From positions 135,233 to 199,232 of the forward strand of contig CAWIKB010000008.1 of the NCBI GenBank assembly GCA_963836605.1: a stretch of DNA of 64,000 nt, given 5' to 3'. The notes under the pieces were generated by a model that did not search any database, was not told where the DNA came from, and saw only the letters and a list, made by a program, of their open reading frames with translations. Made by a program: the position numbers and the translations under genes. Below, piece by piece: positions 1-8,131 of the stretch. The number at the start of each line of letters is the position of its first letter. Position 1 is the first letter of the stretch. This DNA comes from an uncultured Acidimicrobiaceae bacterium. Lineage in GTDB: Bacteria; Actinomycetota; Acidimicrobiia; Acidimicrobiales; RAAP-2.

Positions 1-1
1 G

Positions 2-577
2 GTGGCCGGATTGCGGGTCGTGCACGCGGTTGCGAACCTGCCGCCACTGCGCGGTGAGTGGGCCATGGCGGGCCAGGCCGGGTTCGTCGTCGAATTGGGC
101 AGTGCCTATCCCGACCGGGCCGGAGAGCTCTCCGACGAGATGCGCCTGGGACTCGAAGGGGCCATGACCCGCTACAACCTGGAGAAGGCCGCCTCGATCG
201 AGTCGTACCGGCGCCAGCTCAACGAGGCGATGGCCGACCTCTTCGCCGAGGCCGACTTCGTCCTGTGCTCGTCCAATCCCGACGTGGCCTTTGCGGCAGA
301 GGGTCCGCCACCCTCGACCATTCCCGGGGCCGATCTGATGCACGAGATCGGGTTCTCCCGGGCCATCATGAACAATGCGGCCCTCACCGCGCCGTCCAAC
401 CTCAACGGGAGTCCCGCCATCAGCATCCCGGCCGGTCTGATCGATGGTCTCCCCGTCGGACTGCAGGTTCTGGCCGGCCATCACCGAGAACAGCTCCTGT
501 TGGATCTGGCCCTGGTCGCCGAGCGCGAACTGCCCTGGCCCAAAGTGGCTCCCGGGTCTCCCCACCGGCAGCAGTAG
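2..577 (+). CDS. amidase-signature family protein, C-terminal fragment (5' end outside the window)
   Basis: The ORF is open to the window edge. The tail ...NGSPAISIPAGLIDGLPVGLQVLAGHHREQLLLDLALVAE resembles the conserved C-terminus of GatA-like amidases. Confidence 0.55.
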   Translation: MAGLRVVHAVANLPPLRGEWAMAGQAGFVVELGSAYPDRAGELSDEMRLGLEGAMTRYNLEKAASIESYRRQLNEAMADLFAEADFVLCSSNPDVAFAAEGPPPSTIPGADLMHEIGFSRAIMNNAALTAPSNLNGSPAISIPAGLIDGLPVGLQVLAGHHREQLLLDLALVAERELPWPKVAPGSPHRQQ

Positions 578-717
578 TCTTCAGCCGCAGAACGCCCCGG
601 GCCACACGTCGAGCCCGGCATCAACGCCGCTTCAGAGAGGTGTCAGGAAGCCACCGGCATCGGGTCAGGATGGTGCTGGACGTGGGCGGGGCCCGAGTGA
701 CCCGCGGTCCTGCTAAC

Positions 718-2169
718 ATGATGTCCGCCGCTGGACGATCGTTCAGCAGGGCCCGTTCGAAACGAGTTCGAGTAGGCCGCGAAATACTCGACTGGAGTTT
801 CGACATTTCTTCCTTCACTGACCTTGGCGTGTCCGCGGACATCAACGCGCGACTCGCGAAACTGAGCATCACGAGCCCACTGCCGATTCAGGCCGCCACC
901 ATTCCCGCCGCGCTGGCTGGCCGGGACATCTGTGGCAAAGCCCCGACGGGATCGGGGAAGACCCTCGCCTTTGGCATGCCGATCGTGGCCGCGATGACCC
1001 AGGCCCGACCACGTCGGCCCCGCGCCCTCATCCTGGTACCGACTCGTGAACTGGCCTCGCAGGTCCACGCCGTACTCGGCTCGCTCCTCGGGCACGAGAG
1101 TCGGAGGATCGTGTCCATTTTCGGTGGAACCGGTTACCGGGACCAGTGTCGCGCCCTGCACAAGGGTGTCAACGTCGTGGTGGCGTGTCCGGGGCGACTG
1201 GAAGACCTCATTGAGCGCGGCGACGTCCTGCTGGACGACGTGACGACGGTTGTCCTCGACGAGGCCGACCGTATGTCCGATATGGGCTTCCTGCCGGTCG
1301 TCCGCCGGCTGATGGACCAGACCTCCCCCAATCGCCAGGTCATGCTGTTCTCCGCCACGATCGGTCGGGAGGTCGAGTCGATCATTCGCAGTTACCTCCA
1401 CGATCCGGTGCGGGTGAACATCGAAGCTGATGAGGACGAGAAGGCTGATGTCATCCACCATTTCTGGAGGGTCGACCGAGCCGAGCGAGTGGCGATCACC
1501 GCGAAGATCGTGTCGGAGCACGGCCAGGCGTTTGTGTTCTGCCGGACGAAGAGAGGTGCGGACCGGGTGGTTCGTCAGCTCCAGGCACAAGGTGTGCGCG
1601 CCGTCCCGATGCACGGTGATCGCACGCAAGGGCAGCGAGAGCGCGCGCTCGACTCGTTTGCCAAGGGCCGCACCGACGCGTTGGTGGCCACCGACGTGGT
1701 GGCCCGGGGCATCCACGTCGACGACCTGCCGTGCGTGGTGCACTTTGACCCGCCGGCCGATCACACCGACTATGTCCATCGATCCGGGCGCACCGGGCGC
1801 GCCGGCAACACGGGCACGGTGGTGTCGCTCGTGACCGACGAGCAGCGCAAGGACACCCAGAGCGTCCAACGCGCCCTCGGGTTGGAACAGGGATTGAGCA
1901 CTCCCTTCGCCTCGCCCGCGCCGCCGCGGCCCGCCCCGAAGAAGGGGACGGCGCGCTCCGCCACCTTGACCGGCACGGTGAAGTTCTTCAACGGCGCCCG
2001 AGGCTACGGTTTCTTGGCCCGCGACGGTGGCGAGGACCTGTTCGTGCACCATTCCCAGATCGAGGGCGACGAGCGGCGTGGCTTGTCCGAAGGCTCGACG
2101 GTCGAATTCACGATCGCTCCCGGTCGCAAGGGTGAGGAAGCCCGCAACGTCAGGGTCGTCGCCGCCTGA
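718..2169 (+). CDS. DEAD-box ATP-dependent RNA helicase with a C-terminal cold-shock domain
   Basis: Helicase motifs are present: PIQAATIP (Q region), GKAPTGSGKTLAF (motif I), VLDEADRM (DEAD), SAT and HRSGRTGRAG. The C-terminus GTVKFFNGARGYGFLARDGGEDLFVHHSQI is a CspA-like RNP1/RNP2 cold-shock domain. The start is uncertain (ATG 718 or ATG 670). Confidence 0.9.
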   Translation: MMSAAGRSFSRARSKRVRVGREILDWSFDISSFTDLGVSADINARLAKLSITSPLPIQAATIPAALAGRDICGKAPTGSGKTLAFGMPIVAAMTQARPRRPRALILVPTRELASQVHAVLGSLLGHESRRIVSIFGGTGYRDQCRALHKGVNVVVACPGRLEDLIERGDVLLDDVTTVVLDEADRMSDMGFLPVVRRLMDQTSPNRQVMLFSATIGREVESIIRSYLHDPVRVNIEADEDEKADVIHHFWRVDRAERVAITAKIVSEHGQAFVFCRTKRGADRVVRQLQAQGVRAVPMHGDRTQGQRERALDSFAKGRTDALVATDVVARGIHVDDLPCVVHFDPPADHTDYVHRSGRTGRAGNTGTVVSLVTDEQRKDTQSVQRALGLEQGLSTPFASPAPPRPAPKKGTARSATLTGTVKFFNGARGYGFLARDGGEDLFVHHSQIEGDERRGLSEGSTVEFTIAPGRKGEEARNVRVVAA

Positions 2170-2222
2170 CACACCGGGTGCGGCCAGGAAATCCCACATG
2201 CTCAGGGTATGTACGCTCAGCA

Positions 2223-2281
2223 GTTCACCGGGAGCGAACAGAATTCATCGTTGGTTCACAATTCGGATACGGCAGCGAAAC
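2223..2281 (+). promoter_or_regulatory. candidate GlnR-type operator (TnAC-n6-GnAAC half-site pairs) upstream of glnII
   Basis: Two site pairs are visible: GTTCAC-cgggag-cGAACa (2223-2240) and GTTCAC-aattcg-GATAC-ggcagc-GAAAC (2254-2281). They lie 120-170 nt upstream of the GS-II start and resemble the actinomycete GlnR box gTnAc-n6-GaAAc. No scoring matrix was applied. Confidence 0.3.
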
Positions 2282-2397
2282 AGGACCGGTGCAGACTGCC
2301 ACGGCGCGGCGTGAGGCCGTGCCGTGGGGTGCCGGGCCGTTTTCCCGCGCCACAATCGAGGACACGCCATCCAACCAAGGGGAGCACAGGAGATTTC

Positions 2398-3408
2398 ATG
2401 AGTTACCAGGCTGAGTACATCTGGATCGACGGAACGGAGCCGTCCGCTCTCTTGCGGAGCAAGACCAGGATCGTTGAAGACGGCCATGAGCCCGGCATCT
2501 GGGGTTTTGACGGTTCGAGCACCAATCAGGCCCTGGGCCACGATTCCGACTGCGTGCTCCAACCGGTCTTCGTGTGCCCCGACCCGCTCCGGTCCGTCGG
2601 CGACAAGCTGGTCATGTGCGAGGTCCTGCTCACCGACATGTCTCCCCATCCGACCAACACCCGGCGCCGGTGCGCCGACCTGGCGGAGAAGTATGCAGAC
2701 CAGGAGCCGGTGTTCGGCATCGAGCAGGAGTACACCTTCTTCCAGTACGGCCGGCCCATGGGGTGGCCCGAGAGCGGGTTCCCCGCTCCGCAGGGCCCCT
2801 ACTACTGCGGCGTCGGGGGCGACAAAATGCCCGGGCGGGAGATCGTCGAGCGGCACACGGCTGCCTGCATCAAGGCTGGCCTGGGCATCGAGGGCACGAA
2901 CGCCGAAGTCATGATGGGACAGTGGGAGTTCCAGATCGGCGTCCTCCCCCCGCCGCTCATCGGCGACCATCTCTGGGTGGCTCGTTGGCTGCTGTTTCGC
3001 ATTGCCGAGGATTTCGGCGTGTTCGCGACGTTGGAGCCCAAGCCCGTCCTGGGTGACTGGAACGGGGCCGGCGCACACACCAATTTCTCGACCAAGGCCA
3101 TGCGCCAGGACGGCGGGTGGGACGCCATCATCGCCGCGTGTGAGGCCATCGGGAAACGCGTCGATGAGCACGTCTCGAACTACGGGATTGGTATCGAGCA
3201 TCGACTCACGGGTGCGCATGAGACCGAGCACTATTCGAAGTTCAGCTACGGCGTATCGGATCGTGGCGCGTCCATCCGGATTCCCTGGGGCACCGCCAAG
3301 GCCAAGAAAGGCTGGTTGGAAGACCGTCGACCCAACGCCAACATGGACCCGTACGTGGTTTCGGGCCTCCTGGTCGAGACCGTGTGCAGTGACGCCGCTG
3401 GCGGCTGA
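2398..3408 (+). CDS. glnII: glutamine synthetase type II (eukaryote-like GS-II)
   Basis: MSYQAEYIWIDGTEP..., ~336 aa. GS-II hallmarks are present (WGFDGSSTNQA, FGIEQEYTFF, NAEVMMGQWEFQIG, NGAGAHTNFST, RIPW). A GGAG-type RBS (aggggagcacaggag) precedes the ATG at 2398. Confidence 0.92.
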   Translation: MSYQAEYIWIDGTEPSALLRSKTRIVEDGHEPGIWGFDGSSTNQALGHDSDCVLQPVFVCPDPLRSVGDKLVMCEVLLTDMSPHPTNTRRRCADLAEKYADQEPVFGIEQEYTFFQYGRPMGWPESGFPAPQGPYYCGVGGDKMPGREIVERHTAACIKAGLGIEGTNAEVMMGQWEFQIGVLPPPLIGDHLWVARWLLFRIAEDFGVFATLEPKPVLGDWNGAGAHTNFSTKAMRQDGGWDAIIAACEAIGKRVDEHVSNYGIGIEHRLTGAHETEHYSKFSYGVSDRGASIRIPWGTAKAKKGWLEDRRPNANMDPYVVSGLLVETVCSDAAGG

Positions 3409-3416
3409 CGCGAGGT

Positions 3417-3434
3417 GACACCGCCGCCGGTGTC
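3417..3434. terminator. possible bidirectional stem-loop between convergent glnII and mkl
   Basis: gacaccg-ccgc-cggtgtc forms a 7-bp perfect stem with a 4-nt loop in the 75-nt convergent gap. There is no U-tract. A direct repeat gtcagcccggcg occurs at 3432-3443 and 3452-3463. Confidence 0.3.
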
Positions 3435-3483
3435 AGCCCGGCGTCGAAAGCGTCAGCCCGGCGCCGAAGGTGAGAGTGTCCTG

Positions 3484-4440
3484 CTAGGGCGCCTCGGGAG
3501 GGACCGGCTGCTCGGACGGCGCCCGAGCCGCCATCGCCGGCTCCCCGGGTCGGGCAATCGGCCCTTGGGCTAGCGCGGCCATGTCGCCCTCGATGAAGCT
3601 TCGCCCGTCGCTGTCCGCCATCTCGTCCATGCCGATGGGGCCGTCCGGCCGTCCAGCCAGGAACTGCTGGATAATGGGATTGTCCGACGCCAGCATGTCC
3701 GGCTTGCTCGCGAATTTCACCAGGTTCGACCGGAACAACACGCCCATGTAGTCCGCGGTGCGCATCACCGACTGAATGTTGTGTGTGATGATGAAGAACG
3801 TGGCCCCGGTTTCCTTCTGCGCGGTGACCACCAACTCGTCCAGGTAGGCCACGCGCACGGGATCGAGTCCCGAGTCGGGCTCGTCGAACAGCACGATCTC
3901 GGGCTCGGTGACCATGGCCCGGGCCAGCCCGGCTCGCTTCTTCATCCCGCCCGAGACCTCCCCGGGCAACTTCTTGAGATGGTCCATGAGGCCGACCAAC
4001 TCGGCGTTGCGATGGACCAGCTCGCGGATTTGCGCCTCGTTCTTGTGCGTGTGCTCCCGTAGCGGAAAGGCAATGTTGTCGTAGAGGTTCATGGAACCGA
4101 AGAGGGCGCCATCCTGAAAGAGGACGCCGAATTTCCTCCTGACCTCATAGAGCCGCCTCTCACGCAGGCCGACGATCGGGTCGCCGTCAACGTAGATCTG
4201 GCCCCGCTCGGGAACGAGGAGTCCCAGGATGTTCTTGAGCAGGACGGACTTCCCGGTTCCCGACGGACCCAGGATGGAGGTGATCCGGCCCTTGGGCACG
4301 TCGAAGGTGATGTCCTCGAGCACGGTGTGCGAGCCGAAGGACTTGGTCACGCCCTGCAGAGAGATGATCGGCTCCCCGGGAGCGATCCACGGCTGGGGGG
4401 TCTGGGGATCGTGCTCCATGAGAGAGGAACCTGGGCTCAC
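3484..4440 (-). CDS. mkl: Mce/Mla-type ABC transporter ATP-binding protein (Mkl/MceG, MlaF family)
   Basis: Walker A GPSGTGKS, signature LSGGMKKRAGLARA, Walker B VLFDEPDSGLD. An MlaF-like N-terminus (ISLQGVTKSFG) and the typical Mkl C-terminal extension are present. Confidence 0.88.
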   Translation of the reverse strand: MSPGSSLMEHDPQTPQPWIAPGEPIISLQGVTKSFGSHTVLEDITFDVPKGRITSILGPSGTGKSVLLKNILGLLVPERGQIYVDGDPIVGLRERRLYEVRRKFGVLFQDGALFGSMNLYDNIAFPLREHTHKNEAQIRELVHRNAELVGLMDHLKKLPGEVSGGMKKRAGLARAMVTEPEIVLFDEPDSGLDPVRVAYLDELVVTAQKETGATFFIITHNIQSVMRTADYMGVLFRSNLVKFASKPDMLASDNPIIQQFLAGRPDGPIGMDEMADSDGRSFIEGDMAALAQGPIARPGEPAMAARAPSEQPVPPEAP

Positions 4441-4489
4441 CGGGATACTTGCGTCACGCGACGGTCACTCGTCGGCGGTTCCCTTTGGA

Positions 4490-5902
4490 TCAGAGCCCGG
4501 GAACGGAGCTCAACGCCCCTCCGAGCCCATTGGTCAGGCCGCTGACCACGGGCGGCACCGTCACGGGCGGCACAGTGACGGGCGGCACAGTGACGGGTGG
4601 CACAGTGATGGGCGGTGGTGTGGGGATCGGAGGCGGAGTTGGGACTATCGCGCCGAGCGCGGGAGGCAGGACACTCCCGATGGTGGTCGTCACCCCCGTC
4701 GTGATAGTGCTGACCGTCGATTGAGCGGCGGACTGCACACCGCCCACCGTCGACTGCACGCCACCGACGGTCGACTGCACGCCACCGACGGTTGACGTGA
4801 CTCCGCCGGCCACTTGGTTCAACCCTGGCGTGCCCGCGCGGTTCTGTGTGCCCGCCAGCGGCCCGGATGAACCGCCACCGGTGGAGGAGCTCGAACCTCC
4901 CGCATGCGGGACAGTCGTGGGCGGGCCGCCCGCCCCCGGCGAAGCGGTGGCGGCCGACAAAAGCGATCCCGGCGTGGAAGCCGAGGCCGACGAGGCCGAG
5001 GACGAAGGAAGAGTCAGGGACCACGGCGAGTGGTCCGAAGCGGTCGTCGCGAAGGCAGGGTTGGCAATGCCTGAGGCTTGGGCGGGACCCGGCGTCGCGG
5101 CGCCCGACGTCGACAGCGCGTGGGGCGTGATGAGCGCCGCGGCCACGGCGGCCGAGGTGAACGCCACGCCGGCCACCGCGTTGCGGAACGTCCCGGTTCC
5201 AGCATTCTGATGGAGGCTGGCGCTGCGAGCGGCCGCTCGTAGATAGCTCCGCCGCAACAACGCAGCGGCTCCGGCCAGAAAGCCTCCGAGCATGCCCTTT
5301 GACTCGGAGAGAACGGTGAACTCGCGCTTGAGAGCCTGTCGGGCCCGCCAGAGCAATGTCTCAATGGTCCCGATCTCGACACCTTCGTGATCGGCGATCT
5401 GTTGGTAGGTCCATCCGGAGCCTTCCCGCATCGCCAGCACCTGGCGGTGCCGGTCGGACAGGCGGTCCAGGGCCTTGGTGACCAGCTCGCCGTCGACGGC
5501 GGCCAAAATGAGCTCCTCCGACGTCTCGTTCGCACCCCCTCCCACCGGCTGATGGGCCCCGAGCTCCAGGTCGTCCGTGGGGGTGCTGCGAGAGCGGCGG
5601 CGCAGCATGTCGGTGCAGATGTTCCCGGCGATGACGGTCAGCCATGGGTAGAAGCGGCGCTCGCCGGCGAACTGGGGCAGGGCCTTCCAGGCCCGGGCAA
5701 ATGCCTCTTGTGCGGCATCCTCGGCCTCGTGGCGATCGTTCAGCCGCCTCAGGCAGAATCGCAGCAACCGCTCGTAGTAGCGGGCATAGAGGTTTCCAAA
5801 AGCCCCTGCATCCCCCGCTTGACAACGTTCGACCAGCGCCCGATCCCGATCGAGATCCACGTCGTCGCAAAGACCGGTGAACTCCTCTTGGCGCAGAGCC
5901 AC
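4490..5902 (-). CDS. ECF (sigma-70 family) sigma factor with a ~270-aa C-terminal transmembrane / low-complexity extension
   Basis: The N-terminal ~195 aa carry sigma-2 (AEDAAQEAFARAWKAL...FYPWLTVIAGNICTDMLRRR) and sigma-4 (QVLAMREGSGWTYQQIADHEGVEIGTIETLLWRARQALKREF). A hydrophobic segment (GMLGGFLAGAAALL) follows. After it comes an S/T/G/P-rich tail with (VGGVQST)x3 and (PPVTV)x4. Confidence 0.85.
   Translation of the reverse strand: MALRQEEFTGLCDDVDLDRDRALVERCQAGDAGAFGNLYARYYERLLRFCLRRLNDRHEAEDAAQEAFARAWKALPQFAGERRFYPWLTVIAGNICTDMLRRRSRSTPTDDLELGAHQPVGGGANETSEELILAAVDGELVTKALDRLSDRHRQVLAMREGSGWTYQQIADHEGVEIGTIETLLWRARQALKREFTVLSESKGMLGGFLAGAAALLRRSYLRAAARSASLHQNAGTGTFRNAVAGVAFTSAAVAAALITPHALSTSGAATPGPAQASGIANPAFATTASDHSPWSLTLPSSSASSASASTPGSLLSAATASPGAGGPPTTVPHAGGSSSSTGGGSSGPLAGTQNRAGTPGLNQVAGGVTSTVGGVQSTVGGVQSTVGGVQSAAQSTVSTITTGVTTTIGSVLPPALGAIVPTPPPIPTPPPITVPPVTVPPVTVPPVTVPPVVSGLTNGLGGALSSVPGL
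4551..4625. repeat. 15-bp tandem repeat (about 4.5 copies) inside the sigma-factor CDS, encoding (PPVTV)n
   Basis: ggcggcaccgtcacg / ggcggcacagtgacg / ggcggcacagtgacg / ggtggcacagtgatg, then a partial copy, read directly from the + strand. Confidence 0.9.
4730..4815. repeat. 21-bp tandem repeat (about 3-4 copies) inside the sigma-factor CDS, encoding (VGGVQST)n
   Basis: gactgcacgccaccgacggtc is repeated with minor variants at 4730-4751, 4752-4772 and 4773-4793. A degenerate fourth copy follows. Confidence 0.85.
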
Positions 5903-6468
5903 GTTCTCTCCCTCCCGTTAACCGACTCTCGCCCACGGCATCGAAACAGGATATGCCCTCTTCAGCCGCAACCGAAACGAGAATCCGATGTTTTCCTCCG
6001 CCCTGAGAACGCCGGTCGGGACCCCACCTCACGAAAATCTTGAGAATTCTCGGTGACCAATCGCTCCGGGGTCAGTACCTCCCATCGCAGAATCGGACAG
6101 GCAGGGCACGGGCCAGGCGCCTCCCGAGGTTGAAATCCACAGGATTCCCACAACCTCCGCATGCTCCGAAATCCCTATTCCTGGGCACGTTGCCCGGGCC
6201 CGACAGTGAGCCGTCACCGCAAGGTTGCTCCAATCGCTCCGTTCTTCCGGTACCGGAGGAGGTTGGGAGCGAATCTTTCCCCGGAGAGCGAAGAGGGGGC
6301 CTCGGGAAGGGGGGAGATCGGTTGACAGATCGTGGAGACATCACTGAATCGACACCGGCCCTAGCCACGCAGACCGAGCCTGTCAGTCGCGCTGAAATCG
6401 CTCGTCGGCTCGGCACGCCCAGCGGCAGAACGGCCACGGCGGGCACCGTGGGACGCCCGAGCAGGCCG

Positions 6469-7257
6469 GTGGGAAGCCGGCGTGACGACGGGAAGATTGC
6501 CACCGCGGTGCGCGAGACGGGCAACATGTTCGCCCTCGCCCTGGAAGCTCTCCGTCAGGGGACCCTCAAGGCCTTCCCGATCACCGAATTCTTCGACCAG
6601 TGCTGGTTTCTGGCCCGGGTCACCACCCTTCCGCTGATCCTTCTCTCGATTCCCTTCGGCATGGTCATCGCCCTCGAGGTGGGCTCCCTGCTCCAGCAGA
6701 TCGGGGCCCAGTCCCAGCTCGGCGCGGCCATGGTGCTCGCCGTCGTGCGCGAACAGGCGCCCGTCGCCACCGCCCTGCTGATCGCCGGCGCTGGGGGGTC
6801 GGCCATGTGCGCCGATCTGGGCTCGCGCCGTATACGTGACGAGATCTCGGCGATGGAGGTCATGGGGGTGAACCCCCTCCACCGTCTGGTGCTCCCGAGG
6901 CTTCTGGCCGCCACGCTGGTGGCCATCCTGCTCGATGCGGTGGTGAGCGTGGCCGGGATTGCCGGCGGTCTGTGGTTCGGCACCCATGCCATCCACATCA
7001 CGGCCAGCAGCTTCTTCGCCACCTTCGGCGAGTTGAGCCAACTGGCCGACCTGGCCATCGCGCTCCTCAAGGCCGGCATCTTCGGGTTCATCGCAGCCAT
7101 GGTGGCGTGTTACAAGGGGCTGTACTGCAAGAGCGGCCCCAAGGGTGTGGGCGACGCCGTGAACCAGGCCGTCGTCGTGACGTTCATTTTGTCCTTCTTC
7201 GTGAATTTCATCCTGACGGTCTTCTACTTCAACTTCATTCCACAGAAGGGAATCTGA
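6469..7257 (+). CDS. yrbEA: Mce-system permease YrbEA (MlaE family)
   Basis: FFDQCWFLARVTTLPLILLSIPFGMVIALEVG...REQAPVATALLIAGAGGSAMCADLGSRRIRDEISAMEVMGVNPLHRLVLPRLLA is a typical YrbE/MlaE core. The start is uncertain (GTG 6448 or 6469, or ATG 6526). The first part of the 6040 ORF looks non-coding. Confidence 0.85.
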   Translation: MGSRRDDGKIATAVRETGNMFALALEALRQGTLKAFPITEFFDQCWFLARVTTLPLILLSIPFGMVIALEVGSLLQQIGAQSQLGAAMVLAVVREQAPVATALLIAGAGGSAMCADLGSRRIRDEISAMEVMGVNPLHRLVLPRLLAATLVAILLDAVVSVAGIAGGLWFGTHAIHITASSFFATFGELSQLADLAIALLKAGIFGFIAAMVACYKGLYCKSGPKGVGDAVNQAVVVTFILSFFVNFILTVFYFNFIPQKGI

Positions 7258-7258
7258 G

Positions 7259-8131
7259 GTGGCTGTCGACGCGCCGGCGCGCCACCAACGGACGAGCGAG
7301 ATCGGGAGGCGGGCGCGCCGTGCCGGCGACTCGGCCTTTGCCGTGTCCGATGACTTCTACGCCCAGCTCCGGTTCTTCACGCGGATCATCCGGGCCATGC
7401 CCCGCGCTCTGCGCTATCCCCGGGAGATCCTGGTCCTCATGTCCGACATCACGCTCGGCTCGGGAGCGCTGATCGTCGGCGGCGGCATGTTCTTCGTCGT
7501 GGTCTCCATCTCATTCTTCACCGGGACCGAAGTTGGGCTCGAGGGCTTCAACGGTCTCCAGCAGATCGGGGCCGAAGCCTTCACGGGGGTCATCACGTCC
7601 CTGGCCAATACCAGAGAGATCACACCGCTGGTGGCCGGGGTCGCTCTGGCCGCACAGGTTGGGGCAGGCTTCACCGCCCAACTCGGCGCCATGCGGATAT
7701 CCGATGAGATCGACGCGCTGGAGGTCATGGGCGTCAACAGCGTCGTGTACCTGGTGGCCACCCGGGTCTGGGCGGCGCTGATCACCATGGTCCCTCTCTA
7801 CCTGGCGGCCCTCTTTGCCAGCTATCTGGCGTCGGAGCTGGTCGTGACCAAGTTCTTCGGGCTGTCGTCGGGCACCTATCAGCACTACTTCCAGCTCTAC
7901 CTGCCGCCGCTCGACATCTTCTATTCATTCATGAAGGCGATGATCTTTGCGGTGCTGGTCACCTTCGTGCACTGCTACTACGGCTACACGGCCGGCGGTG
8001 GGCCGGCGGGGGTCGGTGTGGCGGCGGGACGGGCCATTCGGCTCTCCATCATCTTGATCGTCGTCGTGAATCTGATCCTGTCGCTCGTGCTCTTCGGCGG
8101 CGTCAACGTCACGGCCCGGTTGGTCGGATGA
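7259..8131 (+). CDS. yrbEB: Mce-system permease YrbEB (MlaE family)
   Basis: Second MlaE paralogue (REITPLVAGVALAAQVGAGFTAQLGAMRISDEIDALEVMGVNSVVYLVATRVWA). It starts 2 nt after the yrbEA stop. Confidence 0.9.
   Translation: MAVDAPARHQRTSEIGRRARRAGDSAFAVSDDFYAQLRFFTRIIRAMPRALRYPREILVLMSDITLGSGALIVGGGMFFVVVSISFFTGTEVGLEGFNGLQQIGAEAFTGVITSLANTREITPLVAGVALAAQVGAGFTAQLGAMRISDEIDALEVMGVNSVVYLVATRVWAALITMVPLYLAALFASYLASELVVTKFFGLSSGTYQHYFQLYLPPLDIFYSFMKAMIFAVLVTFVHCYYGYTAGGGPAGVGVAAGRAIRLSIILIVVVNLILSLVLFGGVNVTARLVG

Noticed and set aside
6042-6051. 10-bp perfect palindrome GAGAATTCTC in the sigma/yrbEA divergent gap, as a possible TetR/KstR-type operator.
   Set aside because: It is too short to be distinctive, does not match the KstR motif TnnAACnnGTTnnA, and has no cognate regulator adjacent. 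I also found no convincing -35/-10 pair for yrbEA (TTGACA at 6322-6327 lacks a matching -10).
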